A DNA stretch of 64,000 bases, taken from the NCBI RefSeq assembly GCF_001677475.2, contig NZ_CP015229.1. One strand, 5' to 3'. The stretch's first letter is position 1. Every line of letters begins with the position of its first letter. The translations under genes and the position numbers were made by a program. Positions 28,155-43,204 of the stretch are shown piece by piece. Origin of the DNA: Escherichia coli. Lineage in GTDB: Bacteria > Pseudomonadota > Gammaproteobacteria > Enterobacterales > Enterobacteriaceae. A model generated the notes under the pieces. The model did no database searches. It saw nothing but the letters and a program-made list of their open reading frames with translations, and had not been told where the DNA came from.

Positions 28155-28769
28155 ATGACCCATTTTTCACAGCAAGATAATTTTTCTGTCGCGGCGCGCG
28201 TGTTGGGTGCGCTGTTTTATTACGCTCCAGAGAGTGCTGAAGCCGCACCTCTGGTTGTGGTACTCACCAGTGACGGCTGGGAAACTCAGTGGCCGCTACC
28301 AGAAGCGTCATTAGCGCCGCTGGTGACAGCTTTTCAGGCACAGAGTGAAGAGACTCACGCCCAGGCCTGGCAGCGTTTGTTTGTCGGCCCGTGGGCACTG
28401 CCGTCTCCGCCGTGGGGATCGGTCTGGCTGGATCGCGAATCTGTGCTGTTTGGCGATTCAACATTGGCACTTCGTCAGTGGATGCGCGAGAAAGGCATTC
28501 AGTTTGAAATGAAGCAAAACGAACCGGAAGATCATTTTGGTTCACTGCTGTTGATGGCTGCGTGGTTGGCGGAGAATGGTCGCCAGACAGAATGCGAAGA
28601 ATTGCTGGCATGGCACCTTTTTCCGTGGTCAACACGATTTCTTGACGTTTTTATCGAAAAAGCAGAACACCCTTTCTACCGTGCACTGGGTGAACTGGCT
28701 CGCTTAACGCTGGCGCAATGGCAATCACAACTGTTGATTCCTGTCGCGGTTAAACCACTCTTTCGATAG
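28155..28769 (+). CDS. dmsD: Tat proofreading chaperone DmsD
   Basis: 204-aa ORF MTHFSQQDNFSVAARVLGALFYYAPES; conserved position after ynfH. Confidence 0.85.
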   Translation: MTHFSQQDNFSVAARVLGALFYYAPESAEAAPLVVVLTSDGWETQWPLPEASLAPLVTAFQAQSEETHAQAWQRLFVGPWALPSPPWGSVWLDRESVLFGDSTLALRQWMREKGIQFEMKQNEPEDHFGSLLLMAAWLAENGRQTECEELLAWHLFPWSTRFLDVFIEKAEHPFYRALGELARLTLAQWQSQLLIPVAVKPLFR

Positions 28770-28962
28770 GATCACCGTAATATTGCCGGATGGTGACGAT
28801 TACGCGCAATTCGGCAATAATAGGTTACAGTGTCACCTTTTTAATCTCTTAAAGCACGCACTGCTTTTGCGGCTGGCCTCTTTTGCCGCAAAATAGTCAC
28901 CCGTGTTTAATTGCCCATTTCTGCTCATGCATCATCTACACATCTATCCGGATCTGCGCACT

Positions 28963-30219
28963 ATGTTCCGCCGTCTGCTTATCGCAACAGTCGTCGGTAT
29001 TCTCGCGGCCTTTGCCGTTGCCGGGTTTCGTCATACGATGCTGCTACTGGAGTGGTTGTTCCTCAATAATGACTCGGGCAGTCTGGTCAATGCAGCTACA
29101 AATCTTTCCCCGTGGCGACGGCTGCTAACTCCGGCGCTCGGCGGACTGGCGGCGGGTTTGTTGCTGATGGGCTGGCAGAAATTTACCCAGCAACGCCCTC
29201 ATGCGCCGACCGATTACATGGAAGCGTTGCAAACCGATGGTCAGTTTGATTACGCAGCAAGCCTGGTTAAATCGCTTGCCTCTCTGCTGGTAGTAACCAG
29301 CGGCAGTGCAATAGGTCGCGAAGGTGCGATGATTCTTTTAGCTGCCCTTGCCGCCTCCTGTTTTGCCCAACGTTTTACGCCACGCCAGGAGTGGAAATTA
29401 TGGATCGCCTGTGGAGCTGCGGCGGGAATGGCTGCGGCCTATCGCGCCCCGCTTGCTGGCAGTTTATTTATAGCCGAAGTGCTGTTTGGCACTATGATGT
29501 TGGCCTCTCTCGGCCCGGTGATTATTTCCGCCGTCATGGCGTTGCTGGTTAGCAATCTTATTAATCATAGCGACGCGTTACTCTACAGCGTACAACTCTC
29601 AGTGACGGTTCAGGCTCGTGACTATGCGCTGATTATCAGTACAGGTGTGCTGGCAGGTCTGTGCGGACCACTGTTGTTAACGTTAATGAACGCCTGTCAT
29701 CGTGGATTTGTGAGCCTCAAGCTTGCGCCGCCCTGGCAACTGGCACTGGGCGGGTTGATCGTGGGTCTGCTTTCCCTGTTCACACCTGCAGTGTGGGGCA
29801 ATGGCTATAGCACCGTACAATCCTTTTTAACCGCCCCGCCACTGTTAATGATCATTGCCGGGATCTTCCTCTGTAAACTGTTTGCCGTGCTGGCGAGTAG
29901 TGGTTCTGGCGCGCCCGGTGGTGTCTTTACACCGACGCTATTTATCGGTCTTGCCATTGGCATGCTGTATGGTCGTAGCCTGGGATTATGGTTCCCTGAT
30001 GGCGAAGAAATTACGCTTTTACTCGGATTGACCGGAATGGCGACACTGTTGGCGGCGACCACGCACGCGCCGATTATGTCGACGTTGATGATATGTGAAA
30101 TGACCGGGGAGTATCAGCTACTCCCCGGTTTATTGATTGCCTGCGTAATTGCGTCGGTAATTTCGCGGACGTTACACCGTGACTCTATCTACCGCCAGCA
30201 CACTGCGCAGCATAGCTAA
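28963..30219 (+). CDS. clcB: Voltage-gated ClC-type chloride channel ClcB
   Basis: 418-aa membrane ORF with GREG and GxFxP ClC motifs. Confidence 0.85.
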   Translation: MFRRLLIATVVGILAAFAVAGFRHTMLLLEWLFLNNDSGSLVNAATNLSPWRRLLTPALGGLAAGLLLMGWQKFTQQRPHAPTDYMEALQTDGQFDYAASLVKSLASLLVVTSGSAIGREGAMILLAALAASCFAQRFTPRQEWKLWIACGAAAGMAAAYRAPLAGSLFIAEVLFGTMMLASLGPVIISAVMALLVSNLINHSDALLYSVQLSVTVQARDYALIISTGVLAGLCGPLLLTLMNACHRGFVSLKLAPPWQLALGGLIVGLLSLFTPAVWGNGYSTVQSFLTAPPLLMIIAGIFLCKLFAVLASSGSGAPGGVFTPTLFIGLAIGMLYGRSLGLWFPDGEEITLLLGLTGMATLLAATTHAPIMSTLMICEMTGEYQLLPGLLIACVIASVISRTLHRDSIYRQHTAQHS

Positions 30220-30867
30220 GCGGATGTATTGCCCCAGTTCACGCTGTTCGGCGCGCGGCAGATAAGGCAGTTCACCAATGAGCGGTGCCGGAAGTTTTTT
30301 ACCCAGCACATCAATGATTTCCGCATAATGCGCCAGTCCTGGATTGATTCGGTTAGCCACCCAGCCAATGAGCGGCAGCCCGTCGTTGGCAATCGCCTGA
30401 GCTGTTAGTAGTGCATGGTTAATGCAACCTTCCTGAATACCGACAACCATCAATACCGGCAGTTGTTCCTGCACCACCCATTCAGAGAGCGGACGCAAAT
30501 CATTCATCAGACTGCGCCAGCCGCCAGTCCCTTCTACCACGACATGATCGACTTTATCGGTCAGGTTTGCCAGGCCGTTTGAAATGAGGGTGTAATTGAT
30601 TGGGCAACTGTGCGCCACGCTACTTTCTTCTTCGCTTAACGCGATAGGATTAACTGCTTCATAAGGCAGTTCGATGGTTGAAACACTCTGCAACACCAGG
30701 GCATCTTTATTACGCAGCCCTTCGGGTGTCTCTTTGCTCCCCTTCGCTACGGGTTTATATCCCGCAACCGTTTTTCCCTGGGAGGCTAACGCTTGTAGCA
30801 ATGCGCGGGAAACCACCGTTTTCCCTACAGAAGTGTCTGTACCGGTAATAAAGAAACGCTTCAGCAT
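30172..30867 (-). CDS. ynfK: Dethiobiotin synthetase paralog BioD2 (YnfK)
   Basis: 231-aa ORF with P-loop GTDTSVGKT; convergent overlap with clcB. Confidence 0.85.
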   Translation of the reverse strand: MLKRFFITGTDTSVGKTVVSRALLQALASQGKTVAGYKPVAKGSKETPEGLRNKDALVLQSVSTIELPYEAVNPIALSEEESSVAHSCPINYTLISNGLANLTDKVDHVVVEGTGGWRSLMNDLRPLSEWVVQEQLPVLMVVGIQEGCINHALLTAQAIANDGLPLIGWVANRINPGLAHYAEIIDVLGKKLPAPLIGELPYLPRAEQRELGQYIRLAMLRSVLAVDRVTV

Positions 30868-30991
30868 CACTAACTCCACCGTTATGCTTCACAAATATAA
30901 ACCAGGAAAATAATTAACCTTGAAAGTCTAAGTTATGCTTTCCTGGCCCAAATTGAGATAGCGCAAATTTTGGTAGAACAGTTAAAAAATG

Positions 30992-32212
30992 TTAACCCTG
31001 CAACAGACGAATCAACAAAGAACCGTTATACATCGCGTCTTTTACCAGCGCAGCCCCTGCCATCGTACCCTGGTTAGAAAACTGAGTACTCTCAACGCTA
31101 ATGTGCTGACTATACGCAGGAAGGGCCTGCTGACGGATGCTGTCCGAGATGACCGGGAAGAGGATATCTGCCGCTTTACTTAACGGTGAGCCAATCAGTA
31201 TTTTTTGCGGGTTAAATAAATTCACCATGATGGCAAGAATGCGACCGACATGCGCGCCTACCCCGGTAATGATGTCTTTTGCCAGTAGATCGCCGCGCAA
31301 TGCCGCCTGACACAATGAGTCCACGGTTAACGGTTGTCCATGTAACATCGAGCTCATGGATTGATTGAGACGCAGCTGTGCCAGCTCAAGAATACTGTCC
31401 ACACTGGCGATGGTTTCGAGGCAACCGTGATTCCCGCAATAACAGCGTTTCCCATACGGGTCAACCTGTGTGTGGCCTATTTCCACGAGGCTACTGCTGC
31501 CTGCGTGTAGCAGATGACCATCGGTAATGACGCCCGCCCCCACGTTGTGATCGATAACCACCTGAATCACATCGCGCGCCCCGCGTGAGGCACCAAACAA
31601 GGCCTCTGCCATCGTCCATGCGCTGATATCATGCTGGATATAAACCGGTACGCCGGTATGCTGCTCCAGCGCCTCGCCGAGCGGCATCTCTTTTACATCC
31701 TCGTAGAACGGCATGCGATGTACAATGCCATTTTCCGTATCAATAATTCCCGGCAAGGTTATGGCAATCGAAGTTAGACGCTCAAGTTTTTTCTGGTGGC
31801 GGATAAAAAACTGATCGATATGGGAAATAATACGATCCAGCAATGGTGAGTCATCTTTTAACGCCAGTTCCTGCGCCTCCTCCACCACCAGTTTGCTGCT
31901 CAGATCGCGCAGAGCAAGGAAAATCTCCCCGCGACTAATGCGCAGAGAAAGATAGTGCCAGGCTTCAGTTTCAACCACCAGCCCCACCGCCGGACGGCCA
32001 CGGTTCCCCGCTTCTTTGATTTCCAGCTCTTGCACCAGGTGTGCTTCGAGCATCTCACGGACAATTTTAGTGATACTGGCAGGAGCCAGTTGCGCCAGAC
32101 GGGAAAGATCGATACGCGAGACTGGACCAAGCTGATCAATCAGGCGATATACCGCGCCCGCGTTGGTCTGCTTTATTTGATCAATGTGCCCAGGCTGGTT
32201 TTCAGCAACCAC
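30992..32212 (-). CDS. mlc: Mlc (DgsA) ROK-family global regulator
   Basis: 406-aa ORF MVAENQPGHIDQIKQTNAGAVYRLIDQLGPVSRIDLSR. Confidence 0.9.
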   Translation of the reverse strand: MVAENQPGHIDQIKQTNAGAVYRLIDQLGPVSRIDLSRLAQLAPASITKIVREMLEAHLVQELEIKEAGNRGRPAVGLVVETEAWHYLSLRISRGEIFLALRDLSSKLVVEEAQELALKDDSPLLDRIISHIDQFFIRHQKKLERLTSIAITLPGIIDTENGIVHRMPFYEDVKEMPLGEALEQHTGVPVYIQHDISAWTMAEALFGASRGARDVIQVVIDHNVGAGVITDGHLLHAGSSSLVEIGHTQVDPYGKRCYCGNHGCLETIASVDSILELAQLRLNQSMSSMLHGQPLTVDSLCQAALRGDLLAKDIITGVGAHVGRILAIMVNLFNPQKILIGSPLSKAADILFPVISDSIRQQALPAYSQHISVESTQFSNQGTMAGAALVKDAMYNGSLLIRLLQG

Positions 32213-32346
32213 CGCATACTCCCTATATTTTCGCGCTCCGAAATAATCTGTAGGCTATGGTGAAGCACTTCAATACGTGTCGTCAAATTTTTACTTAGGC
32301 ATGTGATTAACAGCACATTTTTCGGGCTTTTTCGCTGAAATTTCCC

Positions 32347-33240
32347 TCACCTGAGAGCATTCAGCAGATGAATACGAAAGTTTCGCGCAGCTGGACTTTG
32401 TTCATGATGTTTCGGCCAGACCAACCACATTTCAGAAACCGCATCCTCTTCAGCAATCGGCACCCAGCGCATTTCGTTGAGCTGAACACGTTTAAATGAC
32501 GCAGGCAAAATTGAAACACCCAGACCGGCGGAAACCAGACCGATGATGGTCATAGCCTCACCCACCTCCTGAGTGATGACGGGCGTCAAATGGTAACGTC
32601 GCATCAGTCCGAGAATATCGTCATACAGCCCTGTCCCTACGTGCGGATCAAAAAAGACAAAGGGTTCTTTCGCCAGTTCAGCCAGCGTTACATTCGGGTT
32701 ATTTGCCAGGGGATGATCGTGCGGGATCATCGCCATAAGCGGTTCATGGACGATGACTGCGTGTTCAAGCGTCTCCGGTAACGCTGTGTTACGCAGCAAT
32801 CCCATATCCAGCGTTCCTTCAATGAGCGGGGCGATTTGCTCGCGAGTGTTCATTTCGCGGGTTTGTAAATGGACATCAGGATAATCACGGCGAAACAGCG
32901 ATAACGTATCAGACACCGCCCGAATAAAAGGAGCGGACGAAGTAAAACCAATACGCAACTCCCCCGCTTCACCCTGATGCAGTCTTTCCGCTCGAGCGGC
33001 AGCGTCATCCACCATAGACAGGATTTGCCGACTATCTGCAAGAAACTGTTTTCCTGCTGCTGTCAGCAATACACTGCGATTGGTTCGTGCCAGCAGTCGG
33101 GCACCAATTTGTTGCTCCAGCGCTTGAATCTGCTGACTTAGCGGCGGTTGCGAAATATTCAGGCGGGCAGCGGCGCGCCCGAAATGCAGCTCTTCCGCAA
33201 CAGCAACAAAGTAACGCAGATGACGAAGTTCAATATTCAT
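32347..33240 (-). CDS. ynfL: LysR-type transcriptional regulator YnfL
   Basis: 297-aa ORF with N-terminal LysR HTH; divergent from ynfM. Confidence 0.85.
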   Translation of the reverse strand: MNIELRHLRYFVAVAEELHFGRAAARLNISQPPLSQQIQALEQQIGARLLARTNRSVLLTAAGKQFLADSRQILSMVDDAAARAERLHQGEAGELRIGFTSSAPFIRAVSDTLSLFRRDYPDVHLQTREMNTREQIAPLIEGTLDMGLLRNTALPETLEHAVIVHEPLMAMIPHDHPLANNPNVTLAELAKEPFVFFDPHVGTGLYDDILGLMRRYHLTPVITQEVGEAMTIIGLVSAGLGVSILPASFKRVQLNEMRWVPIAEEDAVSEMWLVWPKHHEQSPAARNFRIHLLNALR

Positions 33241-33346
33241 ATTTAAAACATCTTATTTGAGATTATTAATATATTAGACAGAACAATTCGATTTTCCTAC
33301 CCTATGTATAAGCCTGATCCACAGGCATATTTAGCAAGGATTTCAA

Positions 33347-34600
33347 GTGAGCCGTACTACAACTGTTGATGGCGCTCCGGCAAGCGACACTGACAAGCAA
33401 AGCATTTCTCAGCCAAATCAATTTATTAAACGCGGTACGCCGCAATTTATGCGCGTCACCCTGGCGCTGTTCTCTGCCGGACTGGCAACCTTTGCACTTC
33501 TCTATTGTGTGCAGCCTATCCTTCCGGTGCTTTCGCAGGAGTTTGGCTTAACGCCCGCGAACAGTAGTATTTCACTGTCCATTTCCACGGCGATGTTGGC
33601 TATCGGTTTGCTGTTTACTGGCCCGCTATCCGATGCCATTGGGCGCAAACCAGTGATGGTAACGGCGCTACTGTTGGCCTCCATTTGTACGTTACTTTCG
33701 ACAATGATGACCAGCTGGCACGGCATTTTGATTATGCGCGCCTTGATTGGGCTTTCGTTAAGTGGCGTGGCTGCTGTTGGCATGACTTATCTTAGCGAGG
33801 AAATCCACCCCAGTTTCGTGGCCTTTTCGATGGGGTTGTATATCAGCGGCAACTCAATTGGCGGCATGAGCGGACGCTTAATTAGTGGTGTCTTCACGGA
33901 CTTTTTCAACTGGCGAATTGCTCTGGCGGCAATCGGTTGTTTCGCGCTAGCCTCGGCGTTGATGTTCTGGAAAATCCTCCCGGAATCACGCCATTTTCGC
34001 CCGACTTCGCTGAGACCTAAGACGTTGTTTATCAACTTTCGTCTGCACTGGCGTGACCGGGGATTACCGTTATTGTTCGCAGAAGGCTTTTTGCTGATGG
34101 GGTCGTTCGTCACGCTGTTTAATTACATCGGCTATCGGTTGATGCTCTCCCCCTGGCATGTCAGTCAGGCCGTGGTTGGCTTATTATCGCTGGCCTATTT
34201 GACCGGTACATGGAGCTCACCCAAAGCCGGAACCATGACCACCCGCTATGGGCGCGGTCCAGTGATGTTGTTTTCGACGGGGGTTATGCTGTTTGGTTTA
34301 CTGATGACCTTATTTAGCTCGCTGTGGCTGATCTTTGCCGGAATGTTACTCTTCTCAGCCGGGTTCTTCGCAGCCCACTCAGTAGCCAGCAGCTGGATCG
34401 GCCCCCGCGCAAAACGCGCTAAAGGCCAGGCCTCCTCGCTGTATCTGTTCAGTTACTATCTGGGGTCGAGTATTGCCGGGACGCTGGGTGGTGTTTTCTG
34501 GCATAACTATGGCTGGAACGGCGTCGGCGCATTTATTGCTCTGATGCTGGTCATTGCTCTGCTGGTCGGGACGCGTTTGCATCGTCGTCTGCACGCCTGA
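33347..34600 (+). CDS. ynfM: MFS transporter YnfM
   Basis: 417-aa 12-TM-like ORF. Confidence 0.85.
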   Translation: MSRTTTVDGAPASDTDKQSISQPNQFIKRGTPQFMRVTLALFSAGLATFALLYCVQPILPVLSQEFGLTPANSSISLSISTAMLAIGLLFTGPLSDAIGRKPVMVTALLLASICTLLSTMMTSWHGILIMRALIGLSLSGVAAVGMTYLSEEIHPSFVAFSMGLYISGNSIGGMSGRLISGVFTDFFNWRIALAAIGCFALASALMFWKILPESRHFRPTSLRPKTLFINFRLHWRDRGLPLLFAEGFLLMGSFVTLFNYIGYRLMLSPWHVSQAVVGLLSLAYLTGTWSSPKAGTMTTRYGRGPVMLFSTGVMLFGLLMTLFSSLWLIFAGMLLFSAGFFAAHSVASSWIGPRAKRAKGQASSLYLFSYYLGSSIAGTLGGVFWHNYGWNGVGAFIALMLVIALLVGTRLHRRLHA

Positions 34601-35023
34601 AAAATAAGTCCGGACTGCGGTAAATACCCATCCGGACTTATTGCCTGCTCAAACCAACGTTAATAGCCATCCTAAAATAGACGAAGCGCCAGCCAATTCC
34701 CGCAGCGCATCTAGCGTCATCAGGATTATAAGTACCCAAATAAACGGATTCATTTTGCTGTGTGTCATTTATTACTGATGCGCAGTTATTCTACCGCTTT
34801 GTAAGTAGTAAAATAGTTAACCCGATCAAGACTACTATTATTGGTAGCTAAATTTCCCTTAAGTCACAATGCGTTATTATCAATGCTGTAATTTATTCAG
34901 CATTTGTACATATCGTTACACGCTGAAACCAACCACTCACGGAAGTCTGCCATTCCCAAAGATATAGTTATTTCAACGGCCCCGCAGTGGGGTTAAATGA
35001 AAAAACAAATTGAGGGTATGACA

Positions 35024-35332
35024 ATGAAAAAAGTATTAGCTCTGGTTGTTGCCGCTGCTATGGGTCTGTCTTCTGCCGCCTTTGCTGCAGAGACTGCGAC
35101 CACTCCTGCTCCGACTGCGACGACCACCAAAGCAGCGCCTGCGAAAACCACACATCATAAAAAACAGCATAAAGCAGCACCTGCCCAGAAAGCGCAGGCG
35201 GCTAAAAAGCATCATAAAAATGCGAAAGCTGAACAGAAAGCCCCTGAACAAAAAGCGCAGGCAGCGAAGAAACACGCCAGGAAACACAGCCATCAGCAAC
35301 CGACAAAACCTGCTGCACAACCCGCAGCGTAA
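35024..35332 (+). CDS. asr: Acid shock protein Asr
   Basis: Signal peptide [21 protein letters not shown] followed by low-complexity K/A/H/Q-rich repeats. Confidence 0.85.
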   Translation: MKKVLALVVAAAMGLSSAAFAAETATTPAPTATTTKAAPAKTTHHKKQHKAAPAQKAQAAKKHHKNAKAEQKAPEQKAQAAKKHARKHSHQQPTKPAAQPAA

Positions 35333-35424
35333 GTTTTCAACAGTAATGCTGGCGCGCCCCCTCGCGCCTGAAAATTACGGTGCTAAGCGGGTAACGTTTA
35401 GCACCGCCTTTAGCGGAGGGTAGT

Positions 35425-35508
35425 ATGGTGGGCCGTTATCGCTTTGAGTTCATTCTTATCATCCTTATTTTATGCGCACTGATTGCCGCCCGTTTTTATC
35501 TTTCCTGA
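35425..35508 (+). CDS. ydgU: Small hydrophobic protein YdgU (27 aa)
   Basis: ATG preceded by GGAGGG; MVGRYRFEFILIILILCALIAARFYLS; conserved position between asr and ydgD. Confidence 0.6.
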   Translation: MVGRYRFEFILIILILCALIAARFYLS

Positions 35509-35607
35509 TCGTAGTTATCTGATTTTACTCCCACTTTCATCCCGTCCCGTCTATAGTATTTATGAGGGTTTGCTTTTAATAATCATAATTACCCACCAGA
35601 GTGTGAT

Positions 35608-36429
35608 ATGCGTACAACCATTGCTGTAGTGTTGGGTGCAATTAGTTTGACGTCTGCTTTTGTGTTTGCAGATAAACCAGACGTTGCCAAATCGGCAAAC
35701 GATGAGGTCAGCACCCTGTTTTTTGGTCATGATGATCGTGTGCCAGTGAATGACACGACCCAATCACCGTGGGATGCGGTTGGGCAACTGGAAACGGCCA
35801 GCGGCAATTTATGTACGGCGACGCTGATTGCACCCAATCTGGCATTAACAGCAGGACACTGTTTATTGACGCCGCCTAAGGGTAAAGCCGATAAAGCGGT
35901 GGCGCTGCGTTTTGTGTCAAATAAAGGTCTTTGGCGCTATGAGATCCACGACATAGAAGGCCGCGTTGATCCGACACTGGGAAAGCGGTTAAAAGCAGAT
36001 GGGGATGGTTGGATTGTTCCTCCCGCAGCTGCGCCGTGGGACTTCGGTTTGATTGTGCTACGTAATCCCCCTTCTGGCATTACACCGTTGCCGTTATTTG
36101 AGGGAGATAAAGCCGCGCTTACCGCCGCATTAAAATCGGCTGGTCGTAAAGTCACTCAGGCGGGATACCCAGAAGATCATCTCGATACGTTGTACAGTCA
36201 TCAAAACTGTGAAGTGACTGGCTGGGCGCAAACGTCGGTAATGTCACATCAGTGCGATACCTTGCCGGGTGACAGCGGTTCGCCTCTGATGTTGCATACC
36301 GATAACGGCTGGCAATTAATTGGGGTACAAAGTTCGGCTCCTGCTGCGAAAGATCGCTGGCGCGCCGATAATCGGGCCATTTCTGTTACCGGTTTTCGTG
36401 ACAAGCTGGATCAACTGTCACAAAAATAA
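35608..36429 (+). CDS. ydgD: Trypsin-like serine peptidase YdgD
   Basis: Signal peptide plus catalytic motifs TAGHC and GDSGSP. Confidence 0.85.
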   Translation: MRTTIAVVLGAISLTSAFVFADKPDVAKSANDEVSTLFFGHDDRVPVNDTTQSPWDAVGQLETASGNLCTATLIAPNLALTAGHCLLTPPKGKADKAVALRFVSNKGLWRYEIHDIEGRVDPTLGKRLKADGDGWIVPPAAAPWDFGLIVLRNPPSGITPLPLFEGDKAALTAALKSAGRKVTQAGYPEDHLDTLYSHQNCEVTGWAQTSVMSHQCDTLPGDSGSPLMLHTDNGWQLIGVQSSAPAAKDRWRADNRAISVTGFRDKLDQLSQK

Positions 36430-36467
36430 TGTTCAAACGCTGCCCGACAGCGCGGGCAGCGTGTTCA

Positions 36468-36797
36468 TCAGGCAAGTTTCACCATGATCATTCCAGCCAA
36501 CAGCAAGACCAGGCCAATCCAGCCTTTACGATTTAACCGTTGACCAAACAAGATCCAACCTGCGGCTAACGTGGCGGCAATACCAAACCCGCCCCACAAT
36601 GCATAAGCGACAGACAAGTCGATCCCTTTAACGGCCTGAGAAAGCGCACTAAAGGCAGCCAGCACCGCTGCCAGGGAGAGCAAGCCAAATATTTTGCGAC
36701 GAAAGCCGTCAGAAAATTTCAAAAAGACGTTAGCAACGATTTCCAGCACGATTGCCAATGCCAGCCAGGCGGCGTGAACCCATTCAAACTGCGCCAT
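36468..36797 (-). CDS. mdtI: SMR-family spermidine exporter subunit MdtI
   Basis: 109-aa 4-TM ORF overlapping mdtJ. Confidence 0.85.
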
Positions 36798-37149
36798 GGT
36801 TCACCTCCAGTTCAGGTTTACGCGCTTTACGGGTACCTGATTTGATCAACACAATCCCGGCGACCAGGGTGGTTAACCCGGCAATTTTCATCAGCGATAA
36901 ACTTTCGTCGAATAACAAAACGCTAAACAAGGTAATAAATAAAATACCGATACCTTCCCACAGCGCATAAGCCACGCCTAAGGCTATTTTTTTAACGGCG
37001 AAAGAGAGAAATATATACGACAGAGAAATCATCACCAGCATTAAAATAAAGCCGCCATTTCCCTCACTGACGCTCGCCCATTTCATAGACAGCGTACCGG
37101 TAATTTCTGTAGCAATAGCCAGACCTAATAAAATCCAATAAATATACAT
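36784..37149 (-). CDS. mdtJ: SMR-family spermidine exporter subunit MdtJ
   Basis: 121-aa 4-TM ORF. Confidence 0.85.
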
Positions 37150-37560
37150 TATCCTTCTCCTGCAAGAGAATTATTTTAATTTTCGCTTAATTCAGCGAAA
37201 CCAAAGTAAAGTGGTCAAGCCCCGCGCATAGGGCAAGCTTAGGCAGAAGAAAGGACTAAAGCGCGTTGCGCCAGTGCTGCTCACCTACGAGCAAGATAGT
37301 GGATGAGGTACGAAGATGGGTAAATGTAGAAAATAACGTCCTGAACAAATTGTCCATAATATTACAATTATCCGCAGTGTTGCTTCTCGTCATCGCGGAT
37401 GATAATTGTCCTCGGTAGTTGAACACGCCTTTTTTGTATCATAGCTTAAGAATTAACTCAAAATATTTTCATTTCTTTACCTGAGCGGTTTGATTTTCGT
37501 TATGATGACGGAGCGAAAAAGACATTATTATTAGCAAAGGAAGAAAAAACGGGGACAAGC

Positions 37561-38595
37561 ATGGCAAAGCCGATCATCACGCTCAATGGCCTAAAAATCG
37601 TCATTATGTTGGGAATGCTGGTCATTATTCTCTGCGGTATCCGTTTTGCCGCCGAGATCATCGTGCCGTTTATTCTCGCATTATTTATTGCTGTTATTCT
37701 TAACCCGCTGGTGCAACATATGGTCCGCTGGCGAGTGCCGCGTGTACTGGCGGTGTCGATTTTGATGACCATCATCGTGATGGCGATGGTGTTGCTATTA
37801 GCTTATCTGGGTTCCGCGCTCAACGAGTTGACGCGGACGTTACCGCAATATCGCAACTCTATTATGACGCCGCTGCAAGCTCTTGAGCCGTTGTTGCAAC
37901 GCGTAGGGATTGACGTCTCAGTTGACCAACTGGCGCATTACATAGATCCGAACGCGGCGATGACGTTGCTCACCAACTTATTGACGCAGTTATCTAATGC
38001 CATGTCATCAATCTTTTTATTGCTGCTGACGGTGCTGTTTATGCTGCTCGAAGTGCCACAATTGCCCGGAAAATTTCAGCAAATGATGGCGCGTCCGGTT
38101 GAAGGGATGGCGGCGATTCAACGTGCGATTGACAGTGTTTCTCATTATCTGGTGCTGAAAACAGCCATCAGCATCATCACCGGCCTGGTCGCCTGGGCGA
38201 TGCTCGCCGCACTCGATGTTCGCTTCGCTTTTGTCTGGGGATTGCTGGCCTTTGCGCTTAATTACATCCCTAATATTGGTTCAGTTCTCGCGGCAATCCC
38301 CCCTATCGCTCAGGTACTGGTGTTTAATGGCTTCTACGAAGCGTTGCTGGTGCTGGCGGGATATCTGCTGATTAATCTGGTCTTCGGCAATATTCTGGAG
38401 CCGCGCATCATGGGACGTGGGCTGAGGCTTTCGACATTGGTGGTATTTTTGTCGTTGATTTTTTGGGGATGGTTGTTAGGACCGGTGGGTATGCTGCTTT
38501 CCGTGCCGTTGACAATTATTGTCAAAATTGCGCTTGAACAAACAGCGGGAGGTCAAAGCATCGCCGTTCTGTTAAGCGATCTCAATAAAGAGTGA
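37561..38595 (+). CDS. tqsA: AI-2 exporter family protein TqsA (YdgG)
   Basis: 344-aa polytopic membrane ORF. Confidence 0.85.
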   Translation: MAKPIITLNGLKIVIMLGMLVIILCGIRFAAEIIVPFILALFIAVILNPLVQHMVRWRVPRVLAVSILMTIIVMAMVLLLAYLGSALNELTRTLPQYRNSIMTPLQALEPLLQRVGIDVSVDQLAHYIDPNAAMTLLTNLLTQLSNAMSSIFLLLLTVLFMLLEVPQLPGKFQQMMARPVEGMAAIQRAIDSVSHYLVLKTAISIITGLVAWAMLAALDVRFAFVWGLLAFALNYIPNIGSVLAAIPPIAQVLVFNGFYEALLVLAGYLLINLVFGNILEPRIMGRGLRLSTLVVFLSLIFWGWLLGPVGMLLSVPLTIIVKIALEQTAGGQSIAVLLSDLNKE

Positions 38596-38616
38596 CGGCC
38601 TCCGCAGAGGCCGTCA
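38593..38616 (-). terminator. Hairpin between convergent tqsA and pntB
   Basis: TGACGGCCTC-cgca-GAGGCCGTCA perfect 10-bp stem; U-rich stretch on minus strand. Confidence 0.4.
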
Positions 38617-38619
38617 GGG

Positions 38620-40011
<1,392 letters not shown>

Positions 40012-40018
40012 TTACCCC

Positions 40019-41614
<1,596 letters not shown>

Positions 41615-42074
41615 TCATGTACGAGCTAAATGTTACTCCGTTAAAATAAATTAGTAACAAACGCCCTATAACGTACTGAAAATTATGCCTGTGATCTAGC
41701 GCCAAAAATCAGTATTTCGGCGTGAACTCGCAAAATATTAACGATTCAGCCGTGATAGTGGGATAAACACCTTAGAACGCCGGATAAAGACTGATAATTG
41801 TCTTCGACGGTCAGGTAAAACGAGACATCGCCCCGGTACGAATCACTACTTAACATTAAATTAACTTATACAATTCAGTTGCTTCAGCAGTATTGATGCT
41901 GATACGGCTGTTTTTTAAGCATCGACGGTCATTTGAGCACGATTAAAATTGGCTTAAGGAATGTGATATGAAAAATGACGCAGACAGTTACACCGTTTAA
42001 ATGCAATAATCAGCCACGTTTCTCGTTAATAACAATACCAGTACCTGGTTTGCGCAAGGCGAAGGATTATTTTT

Positions 42075-43019
42075 ATGAAGCTTAAGAACACCCTCCTGGC
42101 GTCGGCACTGCTTTCTGCTACGGCATTCTCCGTTAACGCAGCAACAGAACTGACACCGGAGCAAGCGGCAGCGGTTAAACCTTTTGACCGTGTAGTGGTT
42201 ACCGGTCGTTTTAATGCTATTGGCGAAGCGGTGAAAGCCGTTTCTCGTCGCGCAGATAAAGAAGGTGCCGCCTCTTTTTATGTTGTCGACACTTCTGATT
42301 TTGGTAACAGCGGTAACTGGCGTGTGGTCGCTGACCTCTATAAAGCCGATGCTGAAAAAGCAGAAGAAACAAGTAATCGCGTAATTAACGGTGTTGTCGA
42401 ACTGCCGAAAGATCAGGCTGTTCTGATTGAACCGTTTGACACGGTCACCGTCCAGGGCTTCTATCGTAGCCAGCCAGAAGTCAATGATGCCATCACCAAA
42501 GCGGCAAAAGCGAAAGGTGCCTACTCTTTCTACATCGTTCGTCAAATCGATGCCAACCAGGGCGGCAACCAGCGTATTACTGCATTCATCTATAAAAAAG
42601 ATGCGAAGAAACGTATCGTCCAGAGCCCGGATGTGATCCCGGCAGATTCCGAAGCAGGACGTGCAGCTCTGGCTGCCGGTGGCGAAGCTGCGAAGAAAGT
42701 TGAGATCCCGGGTGTTGCGACTACCGCATCACCAAGTTCTGAAGTCGGTCGCTTCTTTGAAACCCAGTCATCAAAAGGCGGGCGTTACACCGTCACGCTC
42801 CCGGATGGCACTAAAGTCGAAGAACTCAACAAAGCGACCGCAGCGATGATGGTCCCGTTCGACAGCATCAAATTCTCTGGCAACTACGGCAACATGACCG
42901 AAGTCTCCTATCAGGTTGCGAAACGTGCCGCGAAGAAAGGTGCTAAGTATTACCACATCACCCGCCAGTGGCAGGAACGTGGTAATAACCTGACCGTCAG
43001 CGCAGATCTGTATAAATAA
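42075..43019 (+). CDS. ydgH: Periplasmic DUF1471-repeat protein YdgH
   Basis: Signal peptide and three internal repeats. Confidence 0.85.
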   Translation: MKLKNTLLASALLSATAFSVNAATELTPEQAAAVKPFDRVVVTGRFNAIGEAVKAVSRRADKEGAASFYVVDTSDFGNSGNWRVVADLYKADAEKAEETSNRVINGVVELPKDQAVLIEPFDTVTVQGFYRSQPEVNDAITKAAKAKGAYSFYIVRQIDANQGGNQRITAFIYKKDAKKRIVQSPDVIPADSEAGRAALAAGGEAAKKVEIPGVATTASPSSEVGRFFETQSSKGGRYTVTLPDGTKVEELNKATAAMMVPFDSIKFSGNYGNMTEVSYQVAKRAAKKGAKYYHITRQWQERGNNLTVSADLYK

Positions 43020-43037
43020 CTATTCAGTTACTCCTAT

Positions 43038-43068
43038 AAGGCGGCTTGATGCCGCCTTTCGCATTTTT
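43038..43068 (+). terminator. Intrinsic terminator after ydgH
   Basis: AAGGCGGC-ttgat-GCCGCCTT followed by TCGCATTTTT. Confidence 0.5.
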
Positions 43069-43204
43069 AGTCACAAATTTCCCCGCGACCATTGCATGCA
43101 GACACATCTCTTCGTAAAATCCCGCGCTTCAGTGGCAAACTCCATTTTTATGCGTTTTGCCCTAATATTTATTCTTCTTATCACGTTTTAATCACTGGAT
43201 ATCG